Source: a virus (Duplodnaviria; Caudoviricetes). Taken from it: a stretch of 64,000 bases of DNA. Where the stretch lies: positions 1 through 64,000 of IMG/VR virus record IMGVR_UViG_2974704384_000001, one strand, 5' to 3'. The position numbers and the translations under genes are program-made. The notes beneath the pieces are model-generated. The model did not search any database. It had not been told where the DNA came from and saw only the letters and a list, made by a program, of their open reading frames with translations. Positions 1-10,024 of this stretch are shown here, in pieces. Each line of letters begins with the position of its first letter. Position 1 is the first letter of the stretch.

Positions 1-90
1 AGCGTCATTTCTCTCTCCGGCGGTTAAGAGCCGCTAAAAGGCCAGGAAAGTGCGACAAAACCGCAGGTCGCACCCACTTAGGAGGTCATT

Positions 91-468
91 ATGGGCGGTC
101 GTGGCGCTCCGCACGCTCGGAACTACGGCGGGCGTGATCGTTCGTCTCGGAAAGCCTCTCGGGACGCCTACCAGGCGAAACCGCGCAACGCGATGGAGTA
201 TGCGCAGCAGTTGGGCACTAAAGAGGGCTGGGACTACTCGGAAAAGCTGATGACTAGCAGTCCTTCGGGGGCTACTCGGCACATGTACGGGACGTTTACG
301 AAGGGTGATGTGTCTATCGGCGTGCAGTACACGGATAGGCCGCGCACTAAGGGCCGGATTTCCGGTGTGGCTGTCCGGAAGAACGGTATGCACACGGACG
401 ATTATTTCGGCTCTGCCAGCAAGGATAAGCGTAAAGCGATGAAGGAACTCTTTAGGAAGTACGGGTAG
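91..468 (+). CDS. hypothetical protein (basic)
   Basis: 125-aa ORF with AGGAGG RBS at ~79-86; first gene of the packaging operon. Confidence 0.75.
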   Translation: MGGRGAPHARNYGGRDRSSRKASRDAYQAKPRNAMEYAQQLGTKEGWDYSEKLMTSSPSGATRHMYGTFTKGDVSIGVQYTDRPRTKGRISGVAVRKNGMHTDDYFGSASKDKRKAMKELFRKYG

Positions 469-476
469 GGGGATTT

Positions 477-866
477 ATGCCACCACGTAAGCGGGCACCG
501 GCTAAAGGTGCTGTTCCGCCTGGTTTGAATTTGGCGGGGATTGATCTTTGGATCAGCGTTTCTGGTGAAAGGGAACTTGACGCGGCGTCGAAGGTGCTTC
601 TTTTGAACGCTTGCCGTATCGCGGACAGGCTAGATCAGCTTGACGACGAAATTGGCGGTCGGCTGCTTTCGTATAACCAGCGGGGCGATGAAGTGATTAA
701 CCCGCTTATTTCTGAGCATCGTCAGCAGTACACGGTGTTGGCGAACATTCTGGGCAAGATGGGGCTGGGTGAGCTGCCTAAGCCGAAGTCTGGTGAGTCC
801 AAGTGGGACGAGCTGGCGAAGAAGCGTGCCGAGCGTGAGGCGAAGAAGGCCGAGAAGGCGTCTTAG
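477..866 (+). CDS. terS: terminase small subunit (putative)
   Basis: LLxNACRIADRLDQLD and INPLISEHRQQ motifs typical of actinophage TerS; upstream of terL. Confidence 0.7.
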   Translation: MPPRKRAPAKGAVPPGLNLAGIDLWISVSGERELDAASKVLLLNACRIADRLDQLDDEIGGRLLSYNQRGDEVINPLISEHRQQYTVLANILGKMGLGELPKPKSGESKWDELAKKRAEREAKKAEKAS

Positions 867-1069
867 TGCCGGGGATGATGCAGTCGATTCGTTCTGGTCG
901 CGGCGTGGTTTGTCCCTGTTGTGACGAGTGGACGGCGACTAGGGCGGCTGAGAAACGCCAGTGGATGCGCGAGGCCGACGATGAGCGTGTCGAATACGAA
1001 TACATGCTTAAGCGTGCGGCTGTCGCTGACGTTATTGATTCTCTAGAGATTGGATTTGGTGATGACTAA
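866..1069 (+). CDS. hypothetical protein (CPCC motif)
   Basis: 67-aa ORF translationally coupled to both neighbours. Confidence 0.6.
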   Translation: MPGMMQSIRSGRGVVCPCCDEWTATRAAEKRQWMREADDERVEYEYMLKRAAVADVIDSLEIGFGDD

Positions 1070-2643
1070 TGCCTATGACGGTCGCAGAGCCGTTGTCGGC
1101 GGAAGAGGTCGACCAGGCGCGGCTTGAGGCGCAAGTATTCGCAGATGTAGCGGACCCTTCCGAGAAGTGGCCGGAGCTTACCGGTAATCAGAAGCCGCGT
1201 CTAAGTAACTATCCGACGTTCTTTACGTCGATGGCCGATGATGGCGTCGATTTTGTCGAGACGTTCGGCTACAACCTACTGCCCTGGCAAGAGGCGCTGT
1301 TTAGGCACTCGCTGGGTGAGACTGTCGACGGCCTATGGTCTGCCCGCCGGGTGGGCCTAATCGTCGTCAGGCAGCAAGGTAAGACTGAGCTGCTTGAGGC
1401 TCGGGAGCTGTTCGGCCTATTTGAGCTGAACGAGAAGATTTTCCATACGGCGCAGCAGGCTAAGACGGCAACCCTGTCGTGGCAGACGCTCCGGAACCGG
1501 ATTGAGAACTATCCGGACCTGTCCGAGTTGTGTATGCGGCCTAAGAATGGCGGCGAGGAAACGTCGATCCGCCTTAAGGGCGATCCTAAGAAGGGCTATC
1601 TGGACGGTGAGCGGTTTGTCCGCTATATCGCCCGGTCTCCCGACTCTGGCCGTGGGTTCCGCGATATTGACTTGGTTGTGTGTGACGAGGCTTATGCCTT
1701 GTCTCATGCCGAGTGGGGTTCTCTAGGTCCGACTCAGCGCGCTAACCGTAATCCTCAGACGTGGTTTACCAGCTCTGCCGGTACCGAGGATTCCGAAATG
1801 CTGGCGAAGCTTCGGGACCAGGGCATTGCTCAGGCTGATCCGAACTTGCTTTTTGCGGAGTGGTCGCTGCCTGAGGGTTCGGACCCGACTGACCGGTCGT
1901 TGTGGCCGATTGCTCAGGCGTCGTTGGGCGCTCCGTTCTGCACGCTGCGCAACCTTGAGGCCGAGTTCATGGGGATGGACTTTGTTGAGTTCGCCCGCGA
2001 GCACATGGGCATGTGGGATGACCCCCGCGTTAACTCCGTGATCCCAATGGATGCGTGGGAAGCCTGCAAGCTTGACGACCTACCTAACGGCGAACAGCCA
2101 CAGGTGGAGGTTGAGTGGACGGTTGCCTGTGTGGACGTGGCTCCGGACCGCGCTTGGGCTTCTATCGCCTTGGCGGGTAAGCGTCCGGATGGCCGGTCTC
2201 ATGTTGAGGTTCTGGTGGCCGACGAGGGCACTAACTGGATTATCCCGACGATGCAGCGGCTTATCAGTTCGTCTACGCCGCCTAGGGCGGTCGCTTTGCA
2301 GGCTGGCGCGCAAGCTGGCGCGTTTTACGCCGAGCTTGAACAGATTGGCTACAAGGTCCACATGCTGACGCCTCAGGAGGTTGCAGCGGCCACTGCGAAG
2401 TTTTACGACGACGTTGTTAGCGAGAAGCTGACGCACTTGGACGACGAAACGCTTGTGCGTGGTTTGGCTGGGGCTACTAAGTATCCAATCGGAAAGATTG
2501 AGCACGGCGGCTGGGGCTGGCTTCGTAAAGGTACGAACGTCGATATCACTGGAATTGTCGCGTGTTCTTACGCCAACCGGATTCTGACCCTGGAATCGGC
2601 CGAGGAATCCATGACTAAGAAGAAGCGGTACAGGATGGTGTAA
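1069..2643 (+). CDS. terL: terminase large subunit
   Basis: Walker A RQQGKT, Walker B VVCDEA, C-terminal nuclease motif CVDVAPD; synteny. Confidence 0.95.
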   Translation: MPMTVAEPLSAEEVDQARLEAQVFADVADPSEKWPELTGNQKPRLSNYPTFFTSMADDGVDFVETFGYNLLPWQEALFRHSLGETVDGLWSARRVGLIVVRQQGKTELLEARELFGLFELNEKIFHTAQQAKTATLSWQTLRNRIENYPDLSELCMRPKNGGEETSIRLKGDPKKGYLDGERFVRYIARSPDSGRGFRDIDLVVCDEAYALSHAEWGSLGPTQRANRNPQTWFTSSAGTEDSEMLAKLRDQGIAQADPNLLFAEWSLPEGSDPTDRSLWPIAQASLGAPFCTLRNLEAEFMGMDFVEFAREHMGMWDDPRVNSVIPMDAWEACKLDDLPNGEQPQVEVEWTVACVDVAPDRAWASIALAGKRPDGRSHVEVLVADEGTNWIIPTMQRLISSSTPPRAVALQAGAQAGAFYAELEQIGYKVHMLTPQEVAAATAKFYDDVVSEKLTHLDDETLVRGLAGATKYPIGKIEHGGWGWLRKGTNVDITGIVACSYANRILTLESAEESMTKKKRYRMV

Positions 2644-4299
2644 ATGGCTATTGAACTTCCCGAGGAAATCTCGGACGGTGACGTTCGGAAGTTCGTTGAG
2701 AATGAGTTGTGGCCGGAGTTTGTGCGGCGGCGCGACAAGTTGGACAAGATTGCTAACTGGGCGCGCGGCGAGCAGCCGGACTATTTGATCCAGAACGCTA
2801 ACCGGGAGAAGCGGGCGCTACTTAAGCTTGCTAAGACTCCGTGGTTGGGGCTGGTAGTCACTCATTTCACTCAGGCGTTGTTTGTTGATGGCTACCGGGC
2901 TGAGGGTTCTAAGGAGAACGCTAAGGGGCCTTGGCAGACGTGGAATGCGAACAACATGCAGTCTCGTCAGATTGCGATTCACCGGGCGGCGCTGACCTAT
3001 GGGTATGCGTATGCGCGTGTGCTGCCGGGTGAGGCGTGGGACGGTAAGAATCAGGCTGAGATTCGTGGTGTGTCTCCGCGTCGTCTGTTGGCCCTGTATG
3101 AGGATCAGATCAACGACGAGTATCCACGGTATGCGCTAGAGCTTGCCGCTAACGGTAAGTCGGTGCGGCTGTATACGGACGAGTTCTATTACGAGCTTAA
3201 GATGCCGTCGCCGGGCAGTTTCCCCAACGAGCAGACGATTAAGAAGGTTCGTCACGGTGTGGGTGTGTGCCCGTTTGTGCGGTACGTGAACATGATGGAC
3301 CTGGACGGCTTCACTATGGGTGAGGTCGAGTATCTGGTGCCGGTGGCGTCGAAGATCGACAAGACGGATTACGACCGTCTGTTGGCTCAGCATTACAACT
3401 CTTGGAAGGTCAAGGTTGCTACTGGCATTGATGACCTGTCCGAGGACGCTACGCCGGAGGAGCAGCAGCGCGCGAAGTTGATCCTGGCTCAGGACGACAT
3501 TCTGATGCACGGCAACCATGAGGCGAAGTTCTACACGCTGCCGGAGACGAGCCTTGACGGCTTCATCGCGGCGCATACGCAGGACGTTGAAATCCTCGCT
3601 AACAACGCTCAGGTGCCGGTGTGGATTCTTAATGGGCAGCTTGCCAATCTTTCGGCAGACGCGCTTACAGCGGCCACTAAGGGCACGATCCAGAAGCTCT
3701 ATGAGCGTCAGGTGACGTTTGGGTCGGCGCATAACCAGTTGCTTCGGCTCGCGGCGCATGTGGAGGGCGACGAGGCGGGCGCGCGTGACTTCACGGCCAG
3801 TGTGTCGTGGCAGGACACGTCGGTGCGGTCGCTGGCTCAGGCTGTGGACGCTTATGGCAAGGCCGCGACGATGCTGGGTATGCCTAAGGAGTTCCTGTGG
3901 GGTCTGATTCCGGGCATTACTAAGACCGACGTTGAGACGATGCGCGAGCACTTCAACGATGACGACGAGATGACGCAGATGCTTCTGTGGTGGACGGCTA
4001 ATGGTCCTGGCGGCGAGTTCGCAGCCGAGATTGAGGTTGATACGCAAAAGCAGGTCATTGAGGCGCAGGGCGATGTTCAGAAGGCATTGCAGGAGGCTCA
4101 GGCTAAGGCTCAGAAGGATTTGGCTAAGCAGAATGCGGAGGCGCAGCGGAAGCAGGCTGTGGAGGTCGCTAAGGCGACTCCGGCGCAGCCTGCCAGTGGC
4201 GGCGCTCCGACTGCGCGCAAGACCAGCTCTACGTCCAAGCGGACGCCTAAGAAGTCTGGCGGGGTGAACGGTAACGACCCGGCGAGTAGGGCGGCTTAG
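2644..4299 (+). CDS. portal protein
   Basis: 551 aa directly after terL, SPP1 gp6-like actinophage portal (PWLGLVV, GVCPFVRYVN, SADAL); low-complexity C-terminal tail. Confidence 0.9.
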   Translation: MAIELPEEISDGDVRKFVENELWPEFVRRRDKLDKIANWARGEQPDYLIQNANREKRALLKLAKTPWLGLVVTHFTQALFVDGYRAEGSKENAKGPWQTWNANNMQSRQIAIHRAALTYGYAYARVLPGEAWDGKNQAEIRGVSPRRLLALYEDQINDEYPRYALELAANGKSVRLYTDEFYYELKMPSPGSFPNEQTIKKVRHGVGVCPFVRYVNMMDLDGFTMGEVEYLVPVASKIDKTDYDRLLAQHYNSWKVKVATGIDDLSEDATPEEQQRAKLILAQDDILMHGNHEAKFYTLPETSLDGFIAAHTQDVEILANNAQVPVWILNGQLANLSADALTAATKGTIQKLYERQVTFGSAHNQLLRLAAHVEGDEAGARDFTASVSWQDTSVRSLAQAVDAYGKAATMLGMPKEFLWGLIPGITKTDVETMREHFNDDDEMTQMLLWWTANGPGGEFAAEIEVDTQKQVIEAQGDVQKALQEAQAKAQKDLAKQNAEAQRKQAVEVAKATPAQPASGGAPTARKTSSTSKRTPKKSGGVNGNDPASRAA

Positions 4300-4355
4300 T
4301 TGAACGGTCCGGTTCAGCTTTGTTGAACTGGCGAAATAACTGAACAGGGGGATGG

Positions 4356-5411
4356 GTGGCCGAGGACGACCAGAACGAAAGGGAGGGCAAGGCCACCCTT
4401 CCGTTGATCGCGGTTCCTGCCCTGGCCGCTTGGTATGCGACTCAGCATGTCGAGCGTCAGGAGCAGATCGCGGCGACGACTGCGGCGGGGTTGGCCCTGC
4501 TGTGGCCGATCATTAACTTTGGCGATCTGGACGGGTCAACTCCGGCCTGGCTGCACGCAACCACGCTACAGATTAAGACGGGCTGGGATGAGTCAGCCGA
4601 CGCGGCGTTTGAGTATGTGCAGCAGGCTTTGTTTGCGAATGAGCCAGACGCTACGCCACCTGTTAAGGCGGCGGTAAAATTTCCCGCGCAGGAGATTCAA
4701 ACTGCGATGCGGGTTCGCGGTCCGGTTGAGGTTAAGCGGCAAGTTGCGCGCGCTAAGCCTGAGTCGGAGGCGATGGAAGCCGGTAAATCGGCCTCACAGG
4801 CAGTGGGTGCCACTAAGGCGACTGACGGCGGTCGCTCGGAGGTTTTGCAGTTCGTGCAGCGGGAAGCCCCCCGGCGTTTAAAGCAGGGTAGGGCTATCGG
4901 GTACGCGCGTAAGACCGACAATAATCCGTGCTACTTCTGCGCCATCTTGGCGTCACAAGGGGCGGTGTACTACAAGGAGACTGCGTTCGCGGAGTCGAGT
5001 TCTAAGTTCCGCGAGGTTAAGTGGTCTAGCAATAGAGACAAGGGCGCGAGGCGCGCGTTCATCGGTGACGGCCCGGCCAAGGTGCATGACAACTGTCAAT
5101 GCACGATGCGACCGGTGTTCAGTGAAAAAGATAAATGGGATGAGCGCGCTAAGTATTTCCTTGATTTGTGGGAACAGTATGGTCACGGCACGTACGTGGA
5201 CGGCAAGTATTTGTCGCCTGAGGCTAACTTTCGCCGGAACTATACGCCACCCCCACCTTACAGCGCAGATGTGCTGGATTTAAGCGAGCGCCGGAAGATT
5301 ATTGCCGACGTTCAAAAGAACCGTGAGCGGCTTCTTGCTCGCGGGTTTAAGGCGGATTCGCCAAACGTCAAGTTTATTGACGATTCGATTAAGAGACTAA
5401 GCATCGCTTAG
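4356..5411 (+). CDS. capsid maturation / MuF-like minor head protein
   Basis: between portal and scaffold; YARK..PCYFCAILAS and HDNCQC motifs. Confidence 0.75.
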   Translation: MAEDDQNEREGKATLPLIAVPALAAWYATQHVERQEQIAATTAAGLALLWPIINFGDLDGSTPAWLHATTLQIKTGWDESADAAFEYVQQALFANEPDATPPVKAAVKFPAQEIQTAMRVRGPVEVKRQVARAKPESEAMEAGKSASQAVGATKATDGGRSEVLQFVQREAPRRLKQGRAIGYARKTDNNPCYFCAILASQGAVYYKETAFAESSSKFREVKWSSNRDKGARRAFIGDGPAKVHDNCQCTMRPVFSEKDKWDERAKYFLDLWEQYGHGTYVDGKYLSPEANFRRNYTPPPPYSADVLDLSERRKIIADVQKNRERLLARGFKADSPNVKFIDDSIKRLSIA

Positions 5412-5461
5412 GACGCGGAACAGTCACGCGTTTTATTGACTGGCTTTTGAAGGAATTTTCT

Positions 5462-6061
5462 ATGTCTGATATTGACCCTGACAACAACGATCCTGTCGAG
5501 ACCGATCCTACTGGCGGCGATCCCGTCGAGAAGTCTGAGAACACGTTTAAGGCGATTACCTCGCAGGAGGAGTTCGATAAGGCTGTTACGCGCCGGGTGG
5601 CGCGTGAGCGGAAGAAGTACGAGGGATTCGAGGACTACAAGGCTAAGGCTGAGCAGTTCGACAAGCTTGAGGCTGAGAAGGGTTCGGATATCGAGAAGCT
5701 GACTCGTCGTGCCGAGAAGGCCGAGAGTGAGCTTGCCAAGCTGACGGAGAAGCTGACTAAGGCTGAACGTAATGAGCTTGTGCGTGATATCGCGGATGAA
5801 ATGGGTCTGCCTAAGAAGCTCGCTAAGCGGGTTCAGGGAGATACCGAGGAAGATATTCGCGCAGACATTGAGGATCTTCTAGAGGGCTTGCCAAAGAGCG
5901 ATAAGAAGGTCGAGAAGGACGACGAAGGCGATAAGAAGAAGCCGCCTACTCAGTCTCCTAAGGCTCGCATGACTTTCACGTCTACTGGCGATGAGTCGGA
6001 TGACGGTTTGGAGCTTAGTGCCGACGACATTCTTAAGGATATTCCGCGCGGCAGCGCTTAA
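5462..6061 (+). CDS. scaffolding protein
   Basis: acidic coiled-coil, FKAITSQEEFDKAVTRRVARERKKY motif, precedes major capsid; ATG 5462 preferred over TTG 5447. Confidence 0.85.
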   Translation: MSDIDPDNNDPVETDPTGGDPVEKSENTFKAITSQEEFDKAVTRRVARERKKYEGFEDYKAKAEQFDKLEAEKGSDIEKLTRRAEKAESELAKLTEKLTKAERNELVRDIADEMGLPKKLAKRVQGDTEEDIRADIEDLLEGLPKSDKKVEKDDEGDKKKPPTQSPKARMTFTSTGDESDDGLELSADDILKDIPRGSA

Positions 6062-6103
6062 TTAGCAGTCAATAACTTAATAACAAATTAATAGGAGAAA
6101 CAT

Positions 6104-7252
6104 ATGGCACACATTTTCGTGAAGCCGGAACTCGTCGCTGAGATTGGTGTGAAGCAGCTACAGCGCGAGATCGTTCTACCTGGCCTGGTGTGGACCAACC
6201 CGCTGACTAATTTCGGCGGCTCTAAGAATGACACGATTACCGTGCGCGTTCCTGCCATCACCACGGCTAACCGGCGCGACCTGCGCGATACGGACCGTTC
6301 GGTCGTCGCTTCTGAGCTGGTCGAGCATTCATTCGGCGTGACCCTGGATAAGCACATCTATGCTGCGCTTAAGTTCACGGATGAACAGCGCACGCTGGAT
6401 ATCCGCGATTACACGTCGCAGGTGCTTGTCCCTCAGGTTAGCGCTGTTGCTTACGAGCTTGAGGATTACATCGCTGAGCTTATCGAGGGCGCTCCGTACG
6501 AGGAAACGATTCTGATTGATCCTACGGATACGGTGCCGTCGTTTATCACGGCTGATCAGCGCATGGGTGAGGCTTTCGTGCCTACCGATGGCCGTACCCT
6601 TGTGGTCGGTTCTGCTGTGGCTGCGGCCCTGGCTAAGGATAAGCAGTTCCGTCATGCCGATTGGTCTGGCGATCAGGCTAACTCGGCTCTGCGTGAGGCC
6701 CATGTGGGTCGGCTGGCTGGTATGAACGTGATCCGTTCGCTGGCTATCGCGCCGGACAAGGCTTATCTGTGGCACCGTACCGCCTTCATCCTGGCTTACC
6801 GGACGCCGGTTGTGCCTGAGGGCGCTAAGGCCGGTGCTTCGTTCTCGGCTAACAACGTGGCTCTGCGCTGGCTGGCTGACTACGACTACAGCCAGCTTGG
6901 GGACCGGACCCTGCTTGACGTGTTCACTGGCCGCAAGGTCGTGACGGAGGTCGACGGGTCGTTCGTGCGCGCCGTGGAGCTACAGCTAACCGCTTCGGGT
7001 ATCTCGATTGTGGGTGGCGACTTCGCGCTTGCGACTCGGACCGGTACGCGCCAGCTCAAGGTTCGTGACGACAACGGCACGGACGTGACGGCTCGCTGCA
7101 CGTTCCAGTCGGCCACGGCCAGCAACGCGACCGTTTCGGCTTCTGGCCTGGTGACGGGTGTTGCTGCGGGTACCTCGGTGATCACGGCGTCTTACGTTCC
7201 GCCTCAGGGTGGCGCGGCTAAGACGGCTACCGCTACGGTCACCGTTCCGTAG
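6104..7252 (+). CDS. major capsid protein with C-terminal Ig-like (Big_2-type) domain
   Basis: position after scaffold, strong RBS; C-terminal ATVSASGLVTGVAAGTSVITAS Ig-like signature. Confidence 0.9.
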   Translation: MAHIFVKPELVAEIGVKQLQREIVLPGLVWTNPLTNFGGSKNDTITVRVPAITTANRRDLRDTDRSVVASELVEHSFGVTLDKHIYAALKFTDEQRTLDIRDYTSQVLVPQVSAVAYELEDYIAELIEGAPYEETILIDPTDTVPSFITADQRMGEAFVPTDGRTLVVGSAVAAALAKDKQFRHADWSGDQANSALREAHVGRLAGMNVIRSLAIAPDKAYLWHRTAFILAYRTPVVPEGAKAGASFSANNVALRWLADYDYSQLGDRTLLDVFTGRKVVTEVDGSFVRAVELQLTASGISIVGGDFALATRTGTRQLKVRDDNGTDVTARCTFQSATASNATVSASGLVTGVAAGTSVITASYVPPQGGAAKTATATVTVP

Positions 7253-7263
7253 TCGAGGCTCTT

Positions 7264-7728
7264 ATGGCGGGTCTAGCGTCCATTCAGGACTTGCAGACCC
7301 TCATGTCTCAGACGTTCGAGGGCGATGAGCTAGAACAGGCCCAGCTTGTTCTAGACATTGTTTCTTCGTGGGCGCGGGCGGTGTCGGGTCGAGCGTGGCC
7401 CGACGCCCCCGCCGACGTTCCTGACGATGTGCGGGCTGTTGTGTTGCAGGCGTCCCGCCGGGAGCTTAAGAACCCTGACCGCGTTATCTCGCGGCAGATG
7501 GGTCCGTTCAACGTCCAGTATTCCCAGCCACCGGACGGGTTTTTCTACCCGGCTGAAATGGCGATCCTTAAGCGCTTCCGACGCAGCGGGGGACTACAGA
7601 CGGTGAGCACTTCTCGCGGCGAGGAAGGACGGCCTTGGGCCGGTAAGACGGCCTTTATTCGATATGGGGACGGTTTGTTCCCGTTCTGTAGCGAGGACGA
7701 AGGCTACGGAGACGTGGTGCCCTGGTGA
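7264..7728 (+). CDS. head-to-tail adaptor
   Basis: VRAVVLQASRRELKNPDRVISRQMGPF; synteny after capsid. Confidence 0.8.
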   Translation: MAGLASIQDLQTLMSQTFEGDELEQAQLVLDIVSSWARAVSGRAWPDAPADVPDDVRAVVLQASRRELKNPDRVISRQMGPFNVQYSQPPDGFFYPAEMAILKRFRRSGGLQTVSTSRGEEGRPWAGKTAFIRYGDGLFPFCSEDEGYGDVVPW

Positions 7729-8063
7729 ATGAGGAGACTTTAACCGTTCGCCGGGGCGACACGGACAAGTATGGCAATCCGAACAAAGAGGTTCACGGCA
7801 CTGTTAAGGGCATCTTTGCGTGGGGGCCGGGGACCAGCACCAACAAGTTTGGCCGGAAGCAGAACTTCAAGGGTGAGAGTTCAAGCCTGACTGCGGAGCT
7901 GTATGTGAAGCGGGGCGCGGACGTTAAGGCTCGGGATCGTATCGAGCGTGCTAACGGCGAGGTTTACACCGTCGTGGGTCATGCGATGTGGGATCAGGGG
8001 CACGCCTTTGATGGTTTCGATTTCGGCTACATGGTGTTTCAGGTGGAGGCGGTGAATGGGTAA
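7725..8063 (+). CDS. head-to-tail stopper
   Basis: LTVRRG.TDKYGNP N-terminus; synteny. Confidence 0.7.
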   Translation: MNEETLTVRRGDTDKYGNPNKEVHGTVKGIFAWGPGTSTNKFGRKQNFKGESSSLTAELYVKRGADVKARDRIERANGEVYTVVGHAMWDQGHAFDGFDFGYMVFQVEAVNG

Positions 8064-8494
8064 TGCCTGCGGCTGGCACAACGATTGGGCACAGGCTTAC
8101 TGACATTCAGATTCCGAACCCTAACCGTGGTTTGGCGCAACTTCTGCTTGGCCCTGAGATGGAATTGCTGATGAGCATTATCGGCCAGGAGGTCGTGCTT
8201 GCTTATCGTGCGGGTGTTGCTAAGCGGTCCGGAAAGCTTATGTCGTCTGCCGGTGCGGAAACGATCATTGGCGGTAAGAAGAATGACCGTTGGGTTTCGC
8301 ACGTCACTGTTGGCGGCGAGACGGCTGTGTCGACGTGGCACAGTCCACGTAACCCTAATCCTGGCGACCTGTTCTTTTACGGCGTTCTCCATGAGCACGG
8401 CGACGGTGGTAATCCGCCCTCGGGCTGGGATTTCCCTGCGCATAAGGATTTGAAGAAGGCCGTCGCTGTCGTTAAGGCGAAGAACGGCGCTTAG
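8063..8494 (+). CDS. head-tail connector / neck protein
   Basis: synteny; YGVLHEHG motif. Confidence 0.6.
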   Translation: MPAAGTTIGHRLTDIQIPNPNRGLAQLLLGPEMELLMSIIGQEVVLAYRAGVAKRSGKLMSSAGAETIIGGKKNDRWVSHVTVGGETAVSTWHSPRNPNPGDLFFYGVLHEHGDGGNPPSGWDFPAHKDLKKAVAVVKAKNGA

Positions 8495-8502
8495 GGGGGC
8501 TT

Positions 8503-9006
8503 ATGGCTTTGGTTCTGCCTGATTGGTACGAACAGAATTTCGTAAACATCGAGAACCTGTTTATCGACATTTTCACGAAACTACTGCCGAATTATGAGTC
8601 GGGGTGTTGGTTGCCCGACGACTGGCTTGATAATGCGGACCCTGACCCTACGTTGTGGTTCTTCCGGATGCCGGGGGGGCAGGTCGACTGGGACGCCCGT
8701 AAGGACGAGTGCCAGTTGCAGGTCATGGCCGTTACTGGCTCGCGCGATGATTCGTGGGAGCTTATGAACTTCGTGCGTTCGATCCTGCTGCCGATGCAGG
8801 GGGACAAGTTCAAGATGGCTGACGGCTACACGGCGCAGATTCGCTGCGATAAAGAGGTGGCCGGGCCGCAGTTGCTAACACCGAATCAGAGGATCGACAA
8901 CCGCGTTATTACGGCGACGTTCCAAGTTTCTGTGTCGATGAAAACCGCTAAGAACTACAAGCAGTTCCTCTATGCCTTGTGGCATGGGCTGACGGGTAGT
9001 CCGTAG
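8503..9006 (+). CDS. tail terminator
   Basis: directly before major tail gene; LPDWY..F.NIE.L signature. Confidence 0.7.
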   Translation: MALVLPDWYEQNFVNIENLFIDIFTKLLPNYESGCWLPDDWLDNADPDPTLWFFRMPGGQVDWDARKDECQLQVMAVTGSRDDSWELMNFVRSILLPMQGDKFKMADGYTAQIRCDKEVAGPQLLTPNQRIDNRVITATFQVSVSMKTAKNYKQFLYALWHGLTGSP

Positions 9007-9033
9007 CGAACAATTAAATAAGGACAACTTAAT

Positions 9034-9936
9034 ATGGCTGATTTTTACACGATTAAGGATGCGCAGGCCGACCTAGCGATTGCGCCTCTAAACCTTACCG
9101 TGCTTCTGGCCCCGTATTCGGTCACTCCGGCGCTGACGCTTGAGTCTGCCATTGACGGGTCACTGGAAATTCCTGCGGGATACAAGTCTGTGGGCCATTT
9201 CCAGAAGCAGGCGGGTCTTACGCTCGGTAACGAGTTCGACTCGAAGGATATTGAGGCTTACGGCGAGCCTGAGCCGATCCGCACGATTATCAATAAGCGG
9301 ACCACGACGTTCGACTTCTCGATGTACCAGAACCAGCGCAACGTGCTTGAGCTGATCTGGACTCAGGACTTCTCGGACGTTCAGCCTTCGGAGTTCGGTG
9401 GCATTGTTCTGGAAGCGCCCAAGGTGCCTAAGAACATTTACTACCGGGCGATCCTGGTTGGCCTGGATGACCGTAATGACCGTGAGGTTTGGGTCTACTG
9501 GCTGATGCCGAAGGTGAAGCTGGATCGGCTGGATAACCAGACGCTCAATGACGACAACGTTATTGAGTACAAGCCGACGCTTAAGGCGTTCCGTGACGAT
9601 GTTGTGGGCTACTCGGTGGCTCAGGGCTTCGCGGGGCCGGGCTGGCGCGACATTGTGGCTACGGCTGGCTTCGGTCAGGCGCTTACCGCTCTGACGATCA
9701 CGCCTGCCGCTCCGTCTGTGACGGTGGCGTCGGGTGCGAGCCATACGGCTCAGCTTCTGGTTGAGGGTGACAACGGCATTAACTACACGCCGGATTGCAC
9801 CTTTGAGTCGAGCGATCCTACTAAGGCGAGCGTTTCGGCTAACGGTCTTGTGACCGGTGTTGCGGCGGGTACCGCGACGATCACGGCTAAGAAGGGGTCT
9901 CTGACGGCTACGGCCACGGTGACCGTTACTGCTTAG
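9034..9936 (+). CDS. major tail protein with C-terminal Ig-like domain
   Basis: YKSVGHFQKQAGL, IEAYGEPEPIRT; C-terminal SVSANGLVTGVAAGTATITA. Confidence 0.9.
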   Translation: MADFYTIKDAQADLAIAPLNLTVLLAPYSVTPALTLESAIDGSLEIPAGYKSVGHFQKQAGLTLGNEFDSKDIEAYGEPEPIRTIINKRTTTFDFSMYQNQRNVLELIWTQDFSDVQPSEFGGIVLEAPKVPKNIYYRAILVGLDDRNDREVWVYWLMPKVKLDRLDNQTLNDDNVIEYKPTLKAFRDDVVGYSVAQGFAGPGWRDIVATAGFGQALTALTITPAAPSVTVASGASHTAQLLVEGDNGINYTPDCTFESSDPTKASVSANGLVTGVAAGTATITAKKGSLTATATVTVTA

Positions 9937-9954
9937 TCGCAGTTTGGGGGGAAT

Positions 9955-9992
9955 GAGGGGAGCGGGCTTAGGTTCGCTCCCCTCTCCCTTTG
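9955..9992 (+). terminator. intrinsic terminator-like hairpin after major tail gene
   Basis: GAGGGGAGCG / CGCTCCCCTC 10-bp stem followed by TCCCTTTG. Confidence 0.6.
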
Positions 9993-10024
9993 TTGTCTGA
10001 ATTATCTAAGGGGGAAAGAATCTT

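Noticed and set aside
1-90. cos end or terminal repeat
   Set aside because: Only short hairpins are visible. The window edge cannot be shown to be the genome end, and the right end is outside the window
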